Shown here piece after piece: positions 48,803-56,846 of a stretch of DNA of 64,000 nt. This DNA is from a virus, in IMG/VR virus record IMGVR_UViG_3300008448_011250, positions 22,600 to 86,599 of that record, one strand, 5' to 3'. The position numbers were made by a program, and so were the translations under genes. Numbering within the stretch: position 1 is the first letter of the stretch; the number at the start of each line of letters is the position of its first letter. The notes below the pieces were generated by a model. The model was not told the origin of the DNA. It worked only from the letters and a program-made list of their open reading frames with translations, and did not search any database.

Positions 48803-49061
48803 AACGAAACGAGGGCTTTATGAAGTTATAATTCATAATGACTCTGTTAATACATTTGATCACGTTATTGATTGTTTGATTGATATTTGTGGACATAATA
48901 ACCTACAAGCTCAGCAATGTGCTTTAATTACGCATACGCGCGGCCGATGTTCAGTATTCGTCGATGGATTCGAAATGTGCACGGAAATAAGCAAACTATT
49001 AACACAACAACGTATTAAAACATCGGTAAATAAATTTGATAATCGTTATGAAATTGATTAA
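48765..49061 (+). CDS. clpS: ClpS N-degron adaptor
   Basis: VIIHNDSVNTFDHVIDCL...QAQQCALITHTRGRC. Confidence 0.85.
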   Translation: MSKKASPKTKQTKTKRGLYEVIIHNDSVNTFDHVIDCLIDICGHNNLQAQQCALITHTRGRCSVFVDGFEMCTEISKLLTQQRIKTSVNKFDNRYEID

Positions 49062-49251
49062 TAAAATATCAAAGCTATTAGCAAAGATCCGTGTTGGGTT
49101 TCTTCATGCAACGTTTCAACGCAATATGCGAAAAGCAAACGTAGCTAGAAACAAACATGATATTGTTACATTTAAAAAGCATATATACCAAGCCGAAGAT
49201 GCTTGGCGTAAAATAGTTATACTAACACAAAAAATAAAAGCAAATGGGTAA
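49048..49251 (+). CDS. Hypothetical basic protein
   Basis: Overlapping operon ORF. Confidence 0.45.
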   Translation: MKLINKISKLLAKIRVGFLHATFQRNMRKANVARNKHDIVTFKKHIYQAEDAWRKIVILTQKIKANG

Positions 49252-49630
49252 GAAATCAGCACACACGGGAATGTCCCCGAAGGATCGTTCTATCAACTTA
49301 ATGGACAAATTCATTTCAAAGAATGCACGTAACCAAAGTCAACAACCTAAACAACCTGCACTTAGAAAAGATCCTAACATTCCAATTCATATGTGGCCAT
49401 TGAAAGATCAAATTGAATATTGGGATACACGTTCAGCAGAAGATTGGTTTAAAGATAAGTATCCGGTATATTCATATTGGATCGATGAAGTAAAAACAGA
49501 AAGCAAAGTACATTCGACATTCTTCGCAGATCAGACTCTTAAATTAAAACCAATGTTAATGGAAATGTATGATGCTGCTACACCAGTAAAAGAAGCTGTT
49601 AGACAACTTCGTAAGCACGGAATATACTAA
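49244..49630 (+). CDS. Hypothetical protein
   Basis: 128 aa; TAATG-coupled to the HNH gene. Confidence 0.55.
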   Translation: MGKKSAHTGMSPKDRSINLMDKFISKNARNQSQQPKQPALRKDPNIPIHMWPLKDQIEYWDTRSAEDWFKDKYPVYSYWIDEVKTESKVHSTFFADQTLKLKPMLMEMYDAATPVKEAVRQLRKHGIY

Positions 49631-50184
49631 TGGAAGAAAAGCAGTACAAGTACGTATATGGTATAGGTAAAACAGCCTTAGACATACCTGAAAGTGAAAT
49701 TCGGTATGCCATGGAAAATACTAAATCAAATGCTGAAGCTGCTCGTTTTTTAAAAGTATCATTCACAACATATAAAAAGTATGCACGACTCTATACGGAT
49801 CGAGAAACTGGTAAGACACTTTATGAATTGCATAAGAATCAATTTGGAGTCGGCATACCAAAAGATGTTCAAAAAGCCAATAAAGGTATATACAGCATAA
49901 CAAATATACTTGAAGGTAAGCATCCTAACTATCCAACATGGAAACTTCGTAACAGATTATTAGCATTAGGTATATTTAAAGAAGAATGTGCAAGCTGCGG
50001 ATATTCAGAACGCAGAATAACAGATGATACAGTTCCATTGCTCTTAGATCATATAGACGGTGATGAAACTAATCATGTTGTAGAGAATTTGCAAATGCTT
50101 TGCTTCAATTGTTATTATCAACAAACCGGTAATCCTTTCAATCATGACAAAGAACGTTATTGGAATTATAATTTATTAGAATGA
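49630..50184 (+). CDS. HNH endonuclease-domain protein with N-terminal HTH
   Basis: SNAEAARFLKVSFTTY; CASCG...LDHIDGDETN...NLQMLCFNC. Confidence 0.8.
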   Translation: MEEKQYKYVYGIGKTALDIPESEIRYAMENTKSNAEAARFLKVSFTTYKKYARLYTDRETGKTLYELHKNQFGVGIPKDVQKANKGIYSITNILEGKHPNYPTWKLRNRLLALGIFKEECASCGYSERRITDDTVPLLLDHIDGDETNHVVENLQMLCFNCYYQQTGNPFNHDKERYWNYNLLE

Positions 50185-50192
50185 TATTTATT
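50184..50192 (+). promoter_or_regulatory. Class II promoter
   Basis: ATATTTATT upstream of the paralogous-leader trio. Confidence 0.6.
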
Positions 50193-50211
50193 ATAAAGTA
50201 TAAGGAATATC

Positions 50212-50562
50212 ATGCTTAAATTATTACAACGTTTAATTCAATTATTTATGAAGGGCGGCAAAACACCTGGTGGTCGAATGATAGCTCGAGATATATCCAA
50301 ATCGCAAAGATTAAAGCAATTTCAAACTATGCTAGAAACAAATTCTCAATATCGTAGAAAATATCAAGCATTAATGCAACAAGGCAAAGCTGGAAGACAA
50401 GAACAAATAAAATTTCTTAAAGATTATGTAGCTGGTCGCAAAAAAATGACAGATTATGTAAAACCATCTAAATACGATAAAAAATGGGGAATTAATCGAG
50501 ATTATACTACTAGCGCTAGAACAAAAAATATACACGGAGGCGAAGGCTCTGGGGGTTGGTAA
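50212..50562 (+). CDS. LIxLFxKGGK-leader protein 1
   Basis: MLKLLQRLIQLFMKGGKTPGGRMI; basic. Confidence 0.6.
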   Translation: MLKLLQRLIQLFMKGGKTPGGRMIARDISKSQRLKQFQTMLETNSQYRRKYQALMQQGKAGRQEQIKFLKDYVAGRKKMTDYVKPSKYDKKWGINRDYTTSARTKNIHGGEGSGGW

Positions 50563-51782
50563 TGCGACTATTACAAACATTAGTACGATCTTTAATTAAA
50601 TTGTTTTCCAAAGGTGGTAAAATCAAAGGTGGTAAATTTATTCCACCTAATCCAACAGCTATTAAAAATTTACAAAAGCTAGAAAGACTACAACAAACTA
50701 ATCCGGAAGTATGGAAGAAGTTATCAAAATTACCAAAACAAGAACAAATTGAAATTTTAAAAAAAACAAAACAAGGTAAGCTATCAATATCACAACTAAT
50801 TGATAAAGTAAAATCTGCAGGAAGAAAAATTAAAGCACGTGCAGTAACACCAATTGGATACAATTTATCAAAACCTTTTGGTATTCCATTAGAAATACTT
50901 TTACCTAAGATTGGACCTAAATATCAATCACTTCGAAATCGTTATGATGCGTGGTACGTATACAATAATGTTCCACAAAAATACAATTCATTAATAAAAA
51001 TAGGTACCCATACAGACGGATTACCAGCATATAGTATAAAAAATTTTACAATTGCAAAAAATGAAATTGATGCTATAATACGTAATCCAAAACAAAAAGA
51101 CATATTAACAACATTTAACTTTGGTGGGGTACATGGCAACGGCGGTGCATATAAAGGTGTTGATAAAAAAGGAAACTTTATTGTCTTTTATGACCATTGG
51201 GACTTACAACCTTTAAAGGGGTTAGTTAATCGATTAGGTAAAAAACTGAAATTGTCAAAAACACAAACAGATAAAATTGCCAATTGGGAAGTAGGCGGAA
51301 AACCTTTTTGGACTAAGAATAAATTGTATTATGATGATGCTGGAAATGTATTTAGAGCTGATGGCAAAACGCCATTATATCAAACTAAAGGTACAATGTA
51401 TAAAGATATAACAACGGCCCCGGACCAAGCAATGCTAAATGTTAAAAATGTTAATAAAAGAAAATCTGCATTACAGCGTTTAGGTAAAAAAGAAGTTACG
51501 GTATATTCAACGGAGCCAATAACACCAGAAACGTTGTCTGCTATGTTAGGCGAATGGGGAACGCATCTTAAATATAGTAAATTCAAATCAACAGCTATGA
51601 TAGCAACCGGTGCATTTGCAGGATTAGGTGCATTAGCATCATATATTCTTAGTAAAGATGATGACCAAAGACGTAAAGTTGGTGAGTACATGATAAAAAA
51701 TAAATTATCACAAAAAGATCTCAATGATAAACTTCAAGATAAACAATTTGCATCTAGACTAGATAAACAAATAGGGAAATGA
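50562..51782 (+). CDS. LIxLFxKGGK-leader protein 2 with C-terminal hydrophobic segment
   Basis: LVRSLIKLFSKGGKIKGGKFIPPNPT; central YDHWDLQP domain; MIATGAFAGLGALASYIL. Confidence 0.65.
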   Translation: MRLLQTLVRSLIKLFSKGGKIKGGKFIPPNPTAIKNLQKLERLQQTNPEVWKKLSKLPKQEQIEILKKTKQGKLSISQLIDKVKSAGRKIKARAVTPIGYNLSKPFGIPLEILLPKIGPKYQSLRNRYDAWYVYNNVPQKYNSLIKIGTHTDGLPAYSIKNFTIAKNEIDAIIRNPKQKDILTTFNFGGVHGNGGAYKGVDKKGNFIVFYDHWDLQPLKGLVNRLGKKLKLSKTQTDKIANWEVGGKPFWTKNKLYYDDAGNVFRADGKTPLYQTKGTMYKDITTAPDQAMLNVKNVNKRKSALQRLGKKEVTVYSTEPITPETLSAMLGEWGTHLKYSKFKSTAMIATGAFAGLGALASYILSKDDDQRRKVGEYMIKNKLSQKDLNDKLQDKQFASRLDKQIGK

Positions 51783-51830
51783 TGATATGAGACAATTATT
51801 ACGAGCTTTAATTAAATTGTTTTCCAAAGG
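50590..51830 (+). repeat. 25-bp direct repeat (50590-50614 and 51806-51830)
   Basis: CTTTAATTAAATTGTTTTCCAAAGG in both leader-coding regions. Confidence 0.9.
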
Positions 51831-52866
51831 AGGAAAAACAAAGGGTGGCAAATTCATTGCACCCAATCCTACTATCGTTAAGCGATTATCTAGTGTTCAA
51901 CGTTTAGAGCAAGAAGCTCCATTAGTTTGGAAATCATTATCTAATAAATCAACTGCCGATATTGTTAGTACACTTAAACAAATTAAAACAGGTAAGCTTA
52001 CTGCAAAAGATATTGTAGCCACAAAAAAATTATCACCAGTTGGGTCACATGTACAGACAAAGGCGCCAACCGGTTGGTCAAAATTCGAACCGCCGAAAGA
52101 TTTTAAATGGTCAATGCCAAATCCTCCAGTTACTGGAGCTACGCTGCATAAACCAATTGTTCCTAAGAATATACACCTATCTCATGTATTTCTAAATAAA
52201 CGTAATGAATTAATGTTAAATAAGGTATTCAATGATCTTGCAAAACAAATGGGAGAAAAAATTGAAGGTAAACTTATGGGTGGAGCCCAAGGAGCTGCAA
52301 TGCGTACGGAAAGAGGACGTATTTTAAAACTTACTAGCAATCCGCAGGAAGTTGCATCTGCATTGCGCGCCCGGCAAAGAACTACTGCAAAACACGTAAT
52401 AAAACCTTATAGCATAAGCAAAATAACAATAAATGGAGAATCGACTCAATATTACGTAATATTAATGGATGAGATAACAGTGCTATCCGATCGAGAGCAA
52501 AAATTATGGAATATTATTCAATCAGATTTTTTAAATCTTCGATCAGATTTCACAAATAAAGAAATAGCGAACCGCGTAATTGAAAGATTAAAAGCTGGAG
52601 TTTACTCGGGCTTTACGGTAAATGAAATTGACAATTTCATGAAAAAAATATTACCACAACGCCAATCGATTTTAAAAGATTTTGGAAAATTAAAAATACA
52701 TGGCGCAGAAGCACATGCCGGCAATGTAGGTTTTGATCGTAATGGTCGATTTAAACATTTTGATTCTTGGAATTTCTTAAAACAAGAACCCATGTTGAAA
52801 AAAATTAATCGCGGGTCAGCATATAACGTTAAAATAGATCCCAACATGATAAATCAGATACAATAA
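51787..52866 (+). CDS. LIxLFxKGGK-leader protein 3 with kinase-like domain
   Basis: LMGGAQGAAM (Gly loop), ILKLT, ILMDEI, EAHAGNVGF...KHFD. Confidence 0.6.
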   Translation: MRQLLRALIKLFSKGGKTKGGKFIAPNPTIVKRLSSVQRLEQEAPLVWKSLSNKSTADIVSTLKQIKTGKLTAKDIVATKKLSPVGSHVQTKAPTGWSKFEPPKDFKWSMPNPPVTGATLHKPIVPKNIHLSHVFLNKRNELMLNKVFNDLAKQMGEKIEGKLMGGAQGAAMRTERGRILKLTSNPQEVASALRARQRTTAKHVIKPYSISKITINGESTQYYVILMDEITVLSDREQKLWNIIQSDFLNLRSDFTNKEIANRVIERLKAGVYSGFTVNEIDNFMKKILPQRQSILKDFGKLKIHGAEAHAGNVGFDRNGRFKHFDSWNFLKQEPMLKKINRGSAYNVKIDPNMINQIQ

Positions 52867-52867
52867 T

Positions 52868-53617
52868 ATGATATCACTTAAAACATTGATTGTAGAAGGA
52901 CGTTATGATAGTTTGGTAACTAAGCTATCTAATACATTATTAAAAATCATCAAAGACAGTTATGCTGCAACAAAAGATCCGGAAGGACGTTTTGCAGGAG
53001 AAAAGATTTACTTCAAACAAGATGAAGAAGTTCCATTGATTGATGATGACAAGAAGCAACGTCACATATATTTTGAAGAAGTAGAAAACATGGATATTCC
53101 TGTTGAGTTTTACTTACAACTCAAAGTACAATGGATTGACGGGTTCAATGATTTCAAAGCTGGAGGAGATGCATATAACTCCGATAAACGAGACTCAGAT
53201 GAATTGCCATTAATAGAAGTACGATTTCAATTTGATTCGGCAGAGTATCCGCGCATATTGAGTGAAGTTGCAATGGAACTAAGAGACATACTTCGACATG
53301 AAATTGAACATGTAACACAAAGTGGTTGGAACTTAATTGCTAGCAAATATCTACGTTCAGATATGGGACTTCGTGCTAAGATTGAATCAGGAGAATTACC
53401 ACCAGTTCGATACTTTTTATTGCCCAAAGAAATTCCAGCAATGATACATGGATTATATTCAAAAGCTAAAAAATCAAAACAACCATTTCAGCAAGTTGTC
53501 AATAATTATTTAAGTATATGGGTTGATAACAACACCATAACTGATAAAGAAAAAGAACAAATATTAGCAACATGGAGGACATATCTTCCTAAGTTAGCAA
53601 TACGTCAGGAGTTGTAA
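52868..53617 (+). CDS. HExxH zinc-metallopeptidase-like protein with MISLKTLIVE leader
   Basis: LRHEIEHVTQ...YFLLPKEIPA. Confidence 0.6.
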   Translation: MISLKTLIVEGRYDSLVTKLSNTLLKIIKDSYAATKDPEGRFAGEKIYFKQDEEVPLIDDDKKQRHIYFEEVENMDIPVEFYLQLKVQWIDGFNDFKAGGDAYNSDKRDSDELPLIEVRFQFDSAEYPRILSEVAMELRDILRHEIEHVTQSGWNLIASKYLRSDMGLRAKIESGELPPVRYFLLPKEIPAMIHGLYSKAKKSKQPFQQVVNNYLSIWVDNNTITDKEKEQILATWRTYLPKLAIRQEL

Positions 53618-54054
53618 TGCAATATATTGATGAATCAGATCCGTGTTGGTCTGGATATGAAATGATCGGAATGAAGAAAAAAGGTGGACGCAAAGTTCCT
53701 AACTGCGTTCCAATCAATGAAGCAGATGGATATTGTCCAAGCTGTTTAATTGAATACATTAAAAAACATGCAGATCTAGATGAATATATTGATATTGCAT
53801 ATCCAGGAGTAAATGAATCAGAATATCAAGGACGCAAAGTTAAACTTGGCAAACCAATGCAAGGCGATGTTAAGAAATTCAAAGTCTACGTTAAGAACGC
53901 TAAAGGTAACGTTGTAAAGGTCAACTTTGGAGACCCTAATATGAGAATACGTAAGAACAATCCTGCACGTAGGCGTTCATTTAGAGCAAGACACCGTTGT
54001 CATACAGCAAATGATAGAACCTCAGCACGTTATTGGTCTTGTCGTAAATGGTAA
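53617..54054 (+). CDS. Modular basic phage protein
   Basis: CWSGY...VPNCVP module and KVNFGDPNM...SFRARHRC...YWSC module, separated by xxE sites. Confidence 0.65.
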   Translation: MQYIDESDPCWSGYEMIGMKKKGGRKVPNCVPINEADGYCPSCLIEYIKKHADLDEYIDIAYPGVNESEYQGRKVKLGKPMQGDVKKFKVYVKNAKGNVVKVNFGDPNMRIRKNNPARRRSFRARHRCHTANDRTSARYWSCRKW

Positions 54055-54087
54055 TTTGAATTTTAAATTATTTTCTGTATATTTATT
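54055..54087 (+). promoter_or_regulatory. Overlapping class I and class II promoters
   Basis: TTTGAA-17 nt-TATATT(54078) overlapping ATATTTATT(54079). Confidence 0.55.
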
Positions 54088-54090
54088 TAT

Positions 54091-54204
54091 ATGGAGAAGA
54101 TTCAAGTTACGATGCAAGAAGTTTGGCAGGCAACCCGTCCTGTAATTCAACGCAATCGCAAAAAATATACTAGGAAATCAAAACATAAAAAGCAGGAATC
54201 GTGA
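54091..54204 (+). CDS. 37-aa basic peptide (not in ORF track)
   Basis: MEKIQVTMQEVWQATRPVIQRNRKKYTRKSKHKKQES; GTGA overlap with the next gene. Confidence 0.6.
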   Translation: MEKIQVTMQEVWQATRPVIQRNRKKYTRKSKHKKQES

Positions 54205-55487
54205 AACAGTTATTATTTTTATTCTTATTGGTTTCATCTTTTGCATACACCCAATGCAATCAATATCAAATATATGAAAGCTTTACTAGCACAGTTACAA
54301 CACAAGGCGGAACGTGGGCTGTAAACTCAATGATTGCAGTTACATCGCCAGTACGTACTGGAACTCATGCAATTGGATTTAATGGAACGGGTGATTGGAT
54401 ACGCACTCCGCAAATTGCAAATCCAGGCGTATTAACTTTTTGGTATCGTAGAAGTTCAAACACAACTGCTTGGACCTTAAACATACAGACATCGCCAGAT
54501 GGAACAACTTGGACGACTCGAGGATCAATCACAACGGTTACTAATGCATATGCTCAATACACGCTTAACATTGGTGCTTTGGGTTTAACTAATGTATTCA
54601 TACGTTTATTAGACGCGCGAGCATCTGGAGCACATGAAAGATATATAGATGATTTCGGATTGACGTCTACATCAGCTAGTTCGAACACACTTATTCCTAT
54701 TTTATCAGCTTGTAGCCAAACTCTTAATTCTGCATTAACATATAGAATTACAGATGATGGCGGCCCGGCAGGCCCTACATCCGTTGGGTATACAAATAGT
54801 GTCGATAGAATACTAACCTTAACACCATCTGATGTTACACAAAAATTAAATCTTTCTTTCACACAATTAGATTTAGAAACCACTTATGATTTCTTATACG
54901 TATATGATGGTGCAAATACATCGGCGCCATTGTTAGCTACACTTAATGGTTCAACGCTTCCCGCAGACATCATGGCAACTAATTCTGCAGGACAATTAAC
55001 ATTGAGGTGGACAACTGATATTTCGAATGTAGGAACATGGGGCGGGTTTTTTGCAAATGCAACTTCAGTTACTGCATTGCCTGTAGAACTTTTATATTTC
55101 GAAGGAGTTCCATATCCTGCATTCAACATGTTGAAATGGGCTACCGCATCTGAGAAAGATGCATCGCATTTTGTAGTTGAACGATCTGCAGATGGAGAAC
55201 AATGGATTGCAGTAGGAGAACGAGCAGCTGCTGGCAATTCTACGCAAACACAAAACTATTCATACTTAGATGTCTTTAATGAATTTAACATACATTATTA
55301 TAGATTAATGCAATATGATATAGATGGTGCACTAGATATATATGGCCCGATTGCAATTGACAATACACGTAAAACAAAACAAGTTGTTAAATGGGTAAAT
55401 TCATTAGGACAAAAAGTTGGGACTGAATATAAAGGTTTAGTATTTGAAATATACGAAGACGGAACCAGTAAAAAAATAATCAGATAA
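54201..55487 (+). CDS. Secreted Bacteroidota-type protein with CUB-like domain and T9SS-CTD-like tail
   Basis: Signal peptide ending ...AYT|QCN; DLETTYDFLYVYDG...GQLTLRWTTD; LPVELLYFEG; NSLGQ...YEDGTSKKI. Confidence 0.75.
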   Translation: MKQLLFLFLLVSSFAYTQCNQYQIYESFTSTVTTQGGTWAVNSMIAVTSPVRTGTHAIGFNGTGDWIRTPQIANPGVLTFWYRRSSNTTAWTLNIQTSPDGTTWTTRGSITTVTNAYAQYTLNIGALGLTNVFIRLLDARASGAHERYIDDFGLTSTSASSNTLIPILSACSQTLNSALTYRITDDGGPAGPTSVGYTNSVDRILTLTPSDVTQKLNLSFTQLDLETTYDFLYVYDGANTSAPLLATLNGSTLPADIMATNSAGQLTLRWTTDISNVGTWGGFFANATSVTALPVELLYFEGVPYPAFNMLKWATASEKDASHFVVERSADGEQWIAVGERAAAGNSTQTQNYSYLDVFNEFNIHYYRLMQYDIDGALDIYGPIAIDNTRKTKQVVKWVNSLGQKVGTEYKGLVFEIYEDGTSKKIIR

Positions 55488-55489
55488 GG

Positions 55490-55518
55490 TTGGATATTAG
55501 CTTTTTATTTTATATAAT
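55490..55518 (+). promoter_or_regulatory. Class I promoter
   Basis: TTGGAT-17 nt-TATAAT. Confidence 0.65.
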
Positions 55519-55537
55519 ATAGAAAAATAAAAGAGCT

Positions 55538-56710
55538 ATGAAAAAAACAAAATCAATTGGCGTAGTAAAGTATACGCAAGATGGAAATCCTTACATTTCC
55601 GAATTAGGTACTGGTAATGACATTACTTCATTATTCCGATCCATTATGGTGCAACATGCAATAGATAATGATGAAGCATTGATATTTGATCATGAATCGG
55701 GTCGAGCAAAACGCGTCGCATTAGATCAGATTAATCAAGAAGAAATAAAAGCAACATATCCACCAGAACCACAACCTATGCCTAAACAAGAGTTAGATCC
55801 AGTATTAGCATTAATTCACAATGCACATAAGATTAAACCAGCAAACTTAGAAATGTCTGACATCAAATGGAAGTATCTGGTTCGCTCAGCAGTTCGTGGT
55901 AAAAATATCATGATGGTCGGTCCTGCAGGTTGTGGTAAGACACAAGCAGCAAAGGAATTGCCTAAAGCAACCAATCGTCCTTTTTTCTATTTCAACTTAG
56001 GTGCAACTCAAGATCCAAGAGCAACTCTTATTGGTAACACGCATTTCAAAGATGGTCAGACAACTTTTGATGAGTCTGCATTTGTTAAAGCAATTCAAAC
56101 TGAGAATGCCGTTATCTTGTTAGATGAGTTATCCAGAGCTCACCCTGAAGCGTGGAACATCTTAATGACAGTACTTGATGAAGGTCAAAGATATTTGCGA
56201 TTAGATGAAGATGTTAATTCTCCAACTATTAGAGTTGCTGCAAATGTATCCTTTATTGCTACAGCAAACATTGGTACGGAGTATACATCAACCAGAGTAT
56301 TGGACCGAGCATTGATGGATCGTTTTGAAATTATTGAAGTTGACATTTTGTCTTTATCTCAAGAAGAAGATTTATTGACGAAGCGTTTTGGTGACAAGGT
56401 ATCTGGCAATCTTATTCATTCAGTAGCAGATATTGCAGATGCAACTCGTAAAGAATGGAGATCAGATGAAGGCAAATTATCCACAATGATATCAACCCGT
56501 ATGACGGTTAGGATATGTGAGTTGTTAGCAGATGGATTTTCTTTGTCAGAAGCCGCTGAGGTTGCAGTTCTTCCATTCTTTGATGCATCAGGCGGAACAG
56601 ATTCTGAAAGAACCTTTGTTAAGCAAATTATCCAAAAGCATATGGCAACCGAAATGAAAGACATTTTCAATACCGGTAAAGACGAAGACAGCACCGGAAT
56701 ACCATTTTAA
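55538..56710 (+). CDS. MoxR-type AAA+ ATPase (CobS/CbbQ-like)
   Basis: GPAGCGKT, LLDELSR, ATAN, DRALMDRF, ISTR. Confidence 0.9.
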   Translation: MKKTKSIGVVKYTQDGNPYISELGTGNDITSLFRSIMVQHAIDNDEALIFDHESGRAKRVALDQINQEEIKATYPPEPQPMPKQELDPVLALIHNAHKIKPANLEMSDIKWKYLVRSAVRGKNIMMVGPAGCGKTQAAKELPKATNRPFFYFNLGATQDPRATLIGNTHFKDGQTTFDESAFVKAIQTENAVILLDELSRAHPEAWNILMTVLDEGQRYLRLDEDVNSPTIRVAANVSFIATANIGTEYTSTRVLDRALMDRFEIIEVDILSLSQEEDLLTKRFGDKVSGNLIHSVADIADATRKEWRSDEGKLSTMISTRMTVRICELLADGFSLSEAAEVAVLPFFDASGGTDSERTFVKQIIQKHMATEMKDIFNTGKDEDSTGIPF

Positions 56711-56786
56711 TTTTTCATAGCTCGAAAAGGAGACAGTTACGGCAAAAATCACCATTCGTTAATCAGCGTGATCTGTCTCTTTTTTT
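56711..56786 (+). terminator. Structured 3'-UTR: anti-start segment plus long hairpin terminator
   Basis: GAGACAGTTACG...CGTGATCTGTCTC stem, 25-nt loop, T7; 56711-56723 is complementary to 55533-55545. Confidence 0.65.
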
Positions 56787-56797
56787 ATGCAACTAGG

Positions 56798-56826
56798 TTG
56801 GATAATACTGAATTTTTTCTTATATT
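56798..56826 (+). promoter_or_regulatory. Class I promoter
   Basis: TTGGAT-17 nt-TATATT. Confidence 0.65.
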
Positions 56827-56846
56827 ATTTATATAAAAATAAAGAT

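Noticed and set aside
49630-50184. Mobile homing endonuclease element
   Set aside because: Translationally coupled within an operon, with no interrupted host gene or flanking repeats; recorded only as an HNH-domain CDS.
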